64,000 nucleotides of DNA from Lepidodermella squamata (Eukaryota; Animalia; Gastrotricha), in assembly GCA_047495785.1 (NCBI GenBank), contig JBLDXI010000048.1, positions 372,001 to 436,000 of the forward strand, in the 5' to 3' direction. Below, one piece after another: positions 54,743 through 64,000 of the stretch; position 1 is the stretch's first letter, and each line of letters starts with the position of its first letter. The translations under genes were made by a program, and so were the position numbers. The notes below the pieces were generated by a model. It ran no database searches. It saw only the letters and a list, made by a program, of their open reading frames with translations, and was not told the DNA's origin.

Positions 54743-55231
54743 TTTCCTGGTTGCCAAATAAAGCCTACAAAGAAATGCATTTTTTCTCCTACAAAAGAAG
54801 TTGGAAATTGAGGTTCATTATTTCTCATTTCGTTGAACCTTTATTCGGCCCTGCCAACAAGTAAAGCAAAAAAGATATGGTAGGTACAGCCTCGGGATGC
54901 GAAGGATTGGAATAGCCTAGGAATATAACTTGAGAGGATTTATCTGAAATCAAGCCACTTTTCATGCTCAATCGATGTTTGAGCAGCTCACTTGTCCGCT
55001 CTGTGTTTTTGTTACGTCAAACTTTCGACCTGTCGACTCTCAGACAGGTAGCAGAATTTATCGTGGGAATGATCAATGCGCTTAAATTATCCAAATAATG
55101 TTTGAGGAAATACGTGTTCTTCCCTAAGCTAATCAGACTAAGATTAGCTTTCAACACCCACTCCCATCTTTATTTCTAATGAGGGGTGTATCTTCGTGAC
55201 CCTCATCTTTCTTTTAATTCCTGTTTCAGCT

Positions 55232-57484
55232 ATGATTTCAACATGCCTCGTACTCATGCTGACAATTGCAATCCTAAATGAATCTCATGCAGTTAATAAA
55301 ACCTTTCGAATCCAGCTTTTCCATGTCATTACAGAAATCGGCTACGATCCCAGGCAGGTTCAGGCTCTGAGAAGCTCCGCGGAATATGTCGTCAATATTG
55401 CAAACTCCCGTTCAGATTTACTTCCAAACTATCACCTTGAAGTCGAAAGATACGAAGAATTTTTCGGAAATAACGCAGTACAAGGCTTTATAAACCACCG
55501 AAGGCAGAACGGCACTCAACTGCCATTGATTATCGGACCCAATCTATCAAACGGCTGCAAATCTCTAGGAAGAATTCTCCACTACTTCGATTCTATTGCT
55601 ATCAGCATATTTTGCGGAGCACCGTTTCTGACAGATCGGAAATTGTATCCAAACTTATACTTGTCCCAGGGCAGCATAAAAACGGCTGTAGCTTCAAATT
55701 TAGCTTTTATGAAGAATGTCGGAAAGTGGACACAATTCGCTATTATCGCTCAATCAAATTCAGCTTTTGATGTGCCACACGCTTACTTCTTACAAGAAAG
55801 AGCTTTGATCGAAGGACTTAAAGTTCCTTATTTTGACATGATTACAGAGGCAACCCCCGAGACAATTTCGTATCTGAAAAGCTCACGGCTGAGAGTTATT
55901 TACGTAGCAATCGGCCAGCCTGTAATTCTGACTCAATTTCTTTGCGAGGCCTATCGAGCTGGATTGAAAGGGCCTAGGTACGTCTTCATGCTTTCAACTA
56001 CAGTCGTTACAACTGCCAGTTCACCAGTCTGCTCGGGAAATATGCTTGTTGAGCAATTCAAGCAATCCATTTTCTACGGCTCGATATCAAAACCGCTTAA
56101 TTCCACCTGGATCACAGATTTAGGTGATACTGGAGACGATTTTGACAAATTCCTAAATGGCAAAGGTCTATCGATGAGTGACGACCTATTTTTCGCCTAT
56201 CTAATCCGTGATACATTTTCTACAGCTATAGTCACGCTGAACAAAACCGAAGAAATTTTGAGGCGGGATTACAATCTTACTCTCCTAGACTACAGTGCAA
56301 GTCCAAAACTCGTGATTGATGCAGTAAGGAGGGCGCTGCATTCAACAGAGTTCAACGGTGTAAGAATTGGAAAAACTTCGTATAACAAGGATGGCCAATT
56401 GATGGGCAATGTTATAGTGTTGAGTCAATATAACGGCGGCTTTTTAAGACGAATGACGGTGCAGCAATTAACTAAAAGTGACTCCGACGAATTCGACCTG
56501 AGAAATTTCAGATTAGACCTAGTTTCGCCCATATCGTGGGTGCTTGGCACACCGCCAAGGGACAAGGCGCAGGTTGAGCGGATAAACCTGAAGCTATCTC
56601 GATCTTTTTCGATCAGCATTTGGACTCTTGCAAGTCTCATATCAGCTTTTCAGTTTCTAGGCGTAGGATTCATCGTACGAAGCGAAGCTCAATCCACATA
56701 TTTTAAGTTAACGAAGGTGTTTGGATTGTTAGGCTGCTATCTCTTGAATTCGTCATCAATTTCTTTCTCAATAGATAGAGAAATCGGAAGCGAGCTTCTC
56801 GCGAATTGCTCATATTTTCTTTTGATATCAGGAGCCGCAGTGTCGCTGTTGATTTCGCCCTGCCGAGTCATCGCTATACAGCTTTTCGTCTCTAGAATTC
56901 CCAGGCCTGAAACGTCTCTTGCAGATATTTTCAGTAATCAAAGAAGAAGCTCAAAGAAACGAAGCAACTTGGACCCGCTGATAATTGGCCTTAGCAATAA
57001 ATTCGCCTTAAAACTTGCTTGTATTACTGCTCTAGGATTAATTTCATTCGCAATTGCTTGGATTTCCACACGAAAATTTCAATGCTATGAAAGCCCAATG
57101 TCCTACCCGATCTACGACGAGACTTTAGATACGGTTTACGAGTACTATCACATCAAGTGCAGCGATAGCCCTCAAACATCTTCAATTGGCTGGGCACTAC
57201 TTGGAATTGCGGGAGTTTTCCTAGAGCTGCTTCAAATTCTAGGTTTGGCAAAATTTTACCAATTGAAGCATAGTCGGATTGCTGGCATCCCTGAGTATAC
57301 CCTTATTCTCCTTGGAGCTATCTGTGGAGTGACTCTGCTGCCAGCTGGAGTGTTGATTCAATTGGTACTAGCGGGGAACAGTATCAGCCAGAATATTGCG
57401 TTGGCTCTAATAAGCTTGCTGCAATCGAGCGTGTTTTCTGCACTATGGATCCTACCAACTTTCTTTTCGAAGTTAAGATTCTAA
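55232..57484 (+). CDS. Intronless class C (GABA-B-like) GPCR: Venus flytrap domain plus 7TM, no C-terminal tail
   Basis: Signal peptide, NSRSDLLPNYHL, IIGP..S, LTDRKLYPNL, LCEAYRAGLKGPRYVF, F.GV.., WVLGTPPRD and seven hydrophobic segments. No cysteine-rich domain. Confidence 0.85.
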   Translation: MISTCLVLMLTIAILNESHAVNKTFRIQLFHVITEIGYDPRQVQALRSSAEYVVNIANSRSDLLPNYHLEVERYEEFFGNNAVQGFINHRRQNGTQLPLIIGPNLSNGCKSLGRILHYFDSIAISIFCGAPFLTDRKLYPNLYLSQGSIKTAVASNLAFMKNVGKWTQFAIIAQSNSAFDVPHAYFLQERALIEGLKVPYFDMITEATPETISYLKSSRLRVIYVAIGQPVILTQFLCEAYRAGLKGPRYVFMLSTTVVTTASSPVCSGNMLVEQFKQSIFYGSISKPLNSTWITDLGDTGDDFDKFLNGKGLSMSDDLFFAYLIRDTFSTAIVTLNKTEEILRRDYNLTLLDYSASPKLVIDAVRRALHSTEFNGVRIGKTSYNKDGQLMGNVIVLSQYNGGFLRRMTVQQLTKSDSDEFDLRNFRLDLVSPISWVLGTPPRDKAQVERINLKLSRSFSISIWTLASLISAFQFLGVGFIVRSEAQSTYFKLTKVFGLLGCYLLNSSSISFSIDREIGSELLANCSYFLLISGAAVSLLISPCRVIAIQLFVSRIPRPETSLADIFSNQRRSSKKRSNLDPLIIGLSNKFALKLACITALGLISFAIAWISTRKFQCYESPMSYPIYDETLDTVYEYYHIKCSDSPQTSSIGWALLGIAGVFLELLQILGLAKFYQLKHSRIAGIPEYTLILLGAICGVTLLPAGVLIQLVLAGNSISQNIALALISLLQSSVFSALWILPTFFSKLRF

Positions 57485-57974
57485 GACTAGTGATGCCTTG
57501 GGATAAGCCGTATTTTTGTCGTTCATAAGAGTAAAACTCTTTTGCCGATTTATGTACTGCAACTGCTTTTCGGTCATTTTCCAGATTTTCCGCTAAATCG
57601 TATCGACCATGATCATTATCACCTGAGTGCATCGATCGTAATTTGGCGCTTAAAGCTAGAACTCTCACAAGTGAAAAAACCCGCAGATGTAGTGTTGTGG
57701 TGATGCGTGCATTATCGGAGAATTGACTAATCAATACATGCTGGTCATTCATTATTCAACAATACGCTCAAACAGATACAAACGTGAACATCCAAGACAC
57801 ATCAAAAATTTTCGGCGTAATACGTGACCACACACTATTATTTCAAGTGCATTGAATTTTCGATTCCATTTGGCGCGTATTTTTCAAAAAACTTGGCTTT
57901 GAATGTACAAACACTCTGTTACCCAATATTTTCAATCGAGCTATTTAATCGTTCAGTAGCAATAAGTGAACGCT

Positions 57975-60900
57975 ATGGACTTCAAAATTGCTTACGAAAC
58001 AAAAGGGAAGGACCCGCGTGAGATTGAGAAGATAATACGAAACGCGCTCGAAGAAGTTGCTTCACAGACGAATCTGATCAAGCCAAAGGACATCAAAATC
58101 GCCCCGCCTAAGCTGAATCGTAAGTTTAAGATTGAACATTGAACGTTTTTAATTTATTCGCTAATTTCTCGAATCTAATTCGTGTGGAATGTTGTCCTTG
58201 GATAATTGTTTCCATGTGTAGGTAATTCTCCTCTAAATATGGATAAACCTAATTTTAGTTTAGGAGCGGTATTGTAAAAAAGTGTCGATGAGGCACTCAG
58301 GGATTCCACGCAACTTCAATTTTTAATCAAGCTAAGATCAACTAAGGATAATATTTTAATAAATCTTATATTTAATTCGCGCGTCAATCAAACCTATATC
58401 TAAGTCCAATCAAAACTAGGCCAATAAGCTTTTCATATCAATCAAGCTAAACTCTGGTTCTAGATTACCCCATTTTTCAGGCGATTCGTTCTAAGAGTAC
58501 TTTAGGTGCACTTCACTTTCATCTGTTAAAGGCGATTCACAAACTCGTGTTTTCCACAGTGTCAAAATGGGAGCTACACCTTGAAACCGCCCCCGATTCG
58601 CCACCCCTGACATGTCCAGTTGTCGTTACTATTTGCGGTGTCAAAAAAGACGACGACCCCGATAACTTGACGCAACCTAAAAGTGGAGGCAAGCCGTTTC
58701 AACCCGGCCAGGTTGACGTGTTCGAGCTGAACATTGACAAGGACATTGGTGATATATTCAAAATTCGCTTCAGCTTCCCTGAAAATGTCGAACGTGCTCA
58801 GTGGAAAATGAAATGGATGAAGCTGTTTCATCCAAGAGATAAGGATGTCTTTCAGACCGATTGCAATTTGGAACTAGAGAAGACCAAAACTCGAGAGCCA
58901 ACCAGTGAAGTGTTCATTGTTTGGCCTGATTATCCACTTCTGCCTTTGGTCAACTACATAGTTGAGGTCTATACTCATGAAAAATCTGGACCAATGAATT
59001 GCGGGGCAAAAATTCATATCACGGGGTATCTATTAAAATTTAGGACTTTTGATCCATTTCGATTTTCATCTCAATTTTAGAGAGTATGGCAACTCCGGAA
59101 TTCGAAAGTTGCTGAATGACAACAAAACTCGGTTCCAAGCTGGTACCATGGAAGAATTCGTGCTTCCCATAATCAAACTGGGTGAAGTTAAGAAAATTCG
59201 GCTCGTCAACGATTTGAAAGGAGACAAAAATCACTGGCGTGTCGATAAGGTGATCGTGAAAATGCCTGATTCCGACAACGAGTGGACCTTTCCCTGTGGC
59301 AAGTATTTCTCGCCTGAAAAGGGTGACAAAAACCCTGATAAATTGGTTCTACCTGGCGACGAGCCCGAAGAGAAAGAGAAGAAGGACAAGCCGAAAAAAG
59401 AAGAAAAGACGAAGGAAGAGCCGGTAAAAGAAAAAGAACCAGAGCCGAAGAAAGAAAAGGAGAAAGAGAAGGAAAAGGAAAAGGAAAAAGAAAAGCCGAA
59501 GGAAGAACCAAAGAAAGAGCCGAAAAAAGACGACCCGCCGCCGGTGGAGAAGAAAGATATTCCAAGTAAGATACTTAACATAACAATTTACCCTTCATGT
59601 CCCAACATTTTTCTATCTTAAGAAAACACTTGGCTGCTATGGTGGGAAAATCGCAAAAATCAGCAAGAATTCCAAGCAATGCCGCTCGCCTTTGTTGTAG
59701 TTGGCGAGAAGGCATCAACCGACGAAATCAACGTTGAAATGGACCTGAAACCTGGCGAAAGTGACAAGCGAAAAATCAAATTCGATCCAGACAAAATCGG
59801 CCCTATCGACAAAGTTCGCTTCAAGCCAAGCGAACAGGCTAAAACGAAAGGCCTCAAGTGGGAAATTGCGAAATTGCACTTGAAACACCTTGCGACGGAA
59901 GAAATTCACACGTTTGAATTTCAGAAGCCAATTGTATACAAGCAGGGCGATACAACGGTTGAGGTATCGGAAAAGGGGCTACCTATCAGTATTTACGAGG
60001 TCGAATTTCATACGGCAGATAGGGATGGCCTATTTAGCGACGATGTTCGCGCTAAACTTCTTGTTCGGGGCGAATCAGGGGACACAGGTGAGCGGACCCT
60101 AGTCAACGCCCAGGTTGATGGGAAACTGAAACTAAAGCAAGGCGAGATTGTTAGATGTCAGATCGAGGGCGTAGATATCGGTGAGATCAAAGGCGTGACC
60201 TTTAAACACAACCAGCCAGGCAAAACTACCGCCGATTTCGTGCAAAAAATAGTCGTCCGAAATATGAGCAGTAAAAAAGCTGCTGCATACGAAATTACCT
60301 TCGATCGCGAAACGAAGCAAGACAAGCCAAAACCCGATGCCCCGGATAAATTGTGGTCTCTCTGGTGGGAGAATCGAGCTGAGCAAAAGCCGTACCAAGG
60401 TGTTAACTTAGCCTTTGTTGTAGTCGGAGAGAATGAGGAAACTAAGGACTTTGAATTTAACTGCGATTTGAACCCTGGGGAATCCTCCGATCGGAAGAAG
60501 TTGTTATTCGAGCCAGCCAAAGTGGGAGCTATAGTCAAGGTTCGGATCAAATTTCAAGACGATGTAGCTCGAAAGACGAAATGGGACATTGCCAAGCTTC
60601 ATTTACTTCACGTTCGAACTGCTCAGCTTCACACTTTCGAGTTTCCAAAGGCCCATTCGAAAAAGCTGGGCGATTCAACCTTCGAGGCTTCTGCTCGAGG
60701 CGATCCTATTTCGATCTACGAGGTCGAGCTACATACTGAAGATCGCGAGGCCCTCTTCACCCCTGATTTGAAGGCCAAAGTCCTAATCAGAGGATCTAAG
60801 GGTGATACCGGAGAAAGAACAGCGGTAAACGCGAAATCAGATGGACCTTTAAAAATTCGGAAGGGCGAGGTGTTGAAGTTCGATGTTGAGGGCGTTGATA

Positions 60901-63900
60901 TTGGCAAGATTAAGGCGGTTGTTTTCACGCATAATCTGACTGGTGGCAAGGAAACAGCTGATTTCGTACAGAAAATTGTGGTTAGGCCGACGCATAAACC
61001 GGATGCTGAGTATGTCATCGAGTTCAATCGGGACAAAGACTATCCTCGTAAGTTAAAATCTCACTTATAGCTACAATATTTCACTACAACTTATTAACAA
61101 TACTAGCCAATCTATGGAATTTATGGTGGGAAAATCGCGATACGCAAGAGGTTTTCAAGAAAGTCGGCCTTGCTTTTACTGTCGTCGGAGAAAATGGAAA
61201 CTCAGATGCTTTCGAGTTCGACGACATCACGCTGAAACCAGGCGAGGCGAAAAAGCGAGAAATCGAATTTGACGTTGGCGAAACTGGACCCATTGAAAAG
61301 GTTCGAATCAAGTTTGCAGACGCTGTTAAATACCGAACGAAATGGGACATTTCAAAACTGCATCTTCATCATTTGTTGTCAAATGAAAAGCATACATTCG
61401 AGTTCGAAAAAGCTGCCGAGAAGAAACCTGGCTCGGATGGGACTTTCGAAATTTCGAACAGAGGCGTACCAATAACCATCCATAGTGTCGAGCTGCATTT
61501 AGGCGACCGAACTGGAATGATTTCCGACGAAATAATTGCAAAGGTTATCATTCGCGGGAAATTAGGCGACACTGGTAAACGAACGGTTGTCAACTACAAA
61601 GAGCCAGATTTCAAGAAACCAAAGCCTGAAGATGTGCTGAAGTTCGAAATTGAAGGTGTTGATGTCGGTGAGGTGAAAAGTGTTCAGTTCATTCACAACA
61701 AGCCGGGCGAGACCGCGGGATTCTTTCTTCAAAAAATCGTGGTCCGACCTCTTCACAAGCCGAAGACGGAGTATGTTTTCGAGTATGAGCGAAATAAAAT
61801 GGGACCTTCAGTTACGGTTGAAAAAGTGGCCGCGGATAAGGATGCGGATCCTCGAGAGTGGATAATGTCATGGACCAATAATGCAGATCAACCTAAGGAT
61901 GAGTTGCAAATCAGTTTGGTGCTGTTCGGCGAGCGAGGTGAGACAGCGCCGTATTATTTGGATATCGAACTGGCACCCGGTGTGAGTAAGGACTATCCAA
62001 TGATCATCAAGGAAGACCTTGGCGAACTGCAGAAGGTAGGCTACTTTCAATTTTTCATTCCCAAGGTATAGGCTTGGGAATAGGATAAGCAACGACATCA
62101 GGAATGGGATTGAATGAAACATTGTCATGGTTGAAAAATGAAAACAGAAGTATAAAACCAAGAGAACATAAATGTTGGGTCATCAGATGCACAGAAGGAT
62201 AATTTCGAGAACTAACCTACGCTTGGATTTGATAAAATGCGATTTATCTTTCATAGCTCCGATTCGGTCATGGTCCCAAAACCTCTGGAAATGTAAGTTT
62301 TACCTCTAAAATTTACCGATTTCCTAACCTGTTTTCGTTCATAAGCATCCCTGGAAAGTTCAAGAAGTACGGCTGAAACACGTTTTGAGTGGAACACTTC
62401 ACCGATTCGCAATGGGCGCTGCTCCTAAAGCTCCATCAGCGGAACCACGATACCGCGTCGAAGTCTATATGCGAAAAGCAGCTTCAGACATCGGCGCCCG
62501 AGCAGCAATCTACATTAAACTCAAGGGCGAGAGAGTTATCACTGACAAATGCTGGCTAAATACATCCCTCAACAATCCTGTGAGATTTAAACCCGGTCAA
62601 ATGGATGTGTTCGAAATCGACGACGCACCAGATTGTGGTGATGTCAAGAACATAACTTTTGGAGGGCCGAATGAAGACGTGGTCGCGGCGTTGCGAAGTT
62701 TCATCAACAAAGTCATCGTTGTTCCGCTACATTGGCCGAAACGGAAGGAGTTTGTCTTCACATTCAAGTAAGTTTCACAATCATATCAGTTTCACATATT
62801 TCGATAAATTATCGATAATTGTCACTATTTTTTCTTACAGCACTGATGCTCAATCTGCCACTACAGCTCCAAGTAGGCTAAATTTCATTCCTTATATGGC
62901 TTTATCATCCAACCTTCCTTTCAACTTATCCAGAACGTACTTGGGTTGTCAAAATACGAACGGGAAACTTTGCTATGTCAGCAACCCAAACACCCCTCGG
63001 CCTTCAGATATGCGGCCGAAAAACAAGCAGCGTAGTAACACTCAAACAAGCGAATGGATTCGTTCCGAAACAAGTCCATCAATTCAAGGCCGAGATTGAA
63101 GACATCGATGAGGTGGACCTTTCGATACATATCCGGCATGGATAAAAATTTACTTATATACATTTAGGTATTCAAAATACGAGTTGGTTTCGAGGACTGG
63201 TCCCAAAAGCCCACATTATTCATAGAAGAGATCATCCTAGAAATGCTGAATGGACCTCAATACTCGTGTACTGTTAACGAATGGGTATGGGCTGGGGTTA
63301 GGCAAGACGGCTGGCGCGAATTTCTCATTAAAAAAGCGAAACAACAGCTCAAATGTCACAAATACCAAGTTGCGACTTGGACTGGTCCGATGGGCGTTGA
63401 CAAAACCGAAAAGCCTGCTCATATCTTCTTGGAAATGTTCGGATCCTTGGGCGACACTGGTAAGAGAAGATTGGCGAACTCGAAGTGTCACGTGAAAAAA
63501 TTCGCCCCTAATCAAATGGACCTGTTCGATATTGAAGCGATCGATATAGGAGATATCAAGAAAGTAATCCTAACTATGCAGTCGAAGGATTCAAACGCGA
63601 AATGGCATGCGTCGAGAATCCTAGTTCAGGCCCATCCGTTGGGAGGGGAGGAGTTTATCTTCGATTGCAATCGTCTCCTAGACCCGTTGTCCAATAAAAC
63701 AGCCACATTCCCTGTCACCCTTAAAAACCCTGGGAAACCCTTTGATAACGCTGGTAAGGATGATTATTTGGTCTTTGTGACTACGGGCCCAGAGTTTGAA
63801 ATGAGCATCAATACCGGGGTGATTTTGACCCTTTTTGGGGAGAAGGCGCCTCTTCCTCCAGTCACCCTGATGAAACCGAACTCAGCTATCGGCCCAGGGG

Positions 63901-64000
63901 GTAAAAAAGGCGCGCCAACTGTTACATTCCGCCCTGGAGCGGTTGATTCTTTCCCAATTAAAGTGCCAATGGATCAAATTGGGTCCCTGCTAAAGGCTAG
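57975..64000 (+). CDS. Multi-PLAT/LH2-domain protein, LOXHD1-like paralog 2, 3'-partial
   Basis: Exons 57975-58119, 58561-59025, 59081-59565, 59623-61047, 61107-62035, 62257-62292, 62346-62767, 62841-62872, 62934-63112, 63168->64000. Collinear with paralog 1 (WELxLETAPDSPP; DPREW.SWTN; GDTGKRRLANSKC). Confidence 0.8.

Noticed and set aside
59206-59581. Minus-strand Phe/Ser-rich ORFs resembling membrane proteins
   Set aside because: They are the antisense of the KE-rich linker of the PLAT gene.

Overview
Gene-dense eukaryotic DNA from an invertebrate animal (GT-AG introns, many only 50-60 nt; species not identifiable from sequence alone). The left two-thirds holds two divergent runs of co-oriented housekeeping genes around a shared promoter region near 10 kb. 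The minus run is ACTR1, an SRSF4/5/6-type SR gene and a PDHX-like gene. The plus run is TMEM259, NAA40, NRDE2, TRMT6, SOS and ACTR10. Downstream genes start just after apparently unpaired 3' splice acceptors, in four cases 35-50 nt behind a poly(A) signal, which suggests SL trans-spliced operons. The right third holds lineage-specific duplicated genes, three of them with TATA boxes: two carbonyl-reductase-like SDRs (catalytic Tyr replaced by Trp; one copy frameshifted), an astacin-EGF-CUB-kringle protein without zinc ligands, two LOXHD1-like multi-PLAT paralogs and an intronless class C GPCR. Other notable items are two candidate poison exons in the SR gene, a lipoyl-less E3BP, minimal hammerhead-ribozyme motifs in a SOS intron, a P-element-type excision footprint, a Helitron fragment and several MITEs with intact TSDs. 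All gene models were read by eye; no database searches were run.
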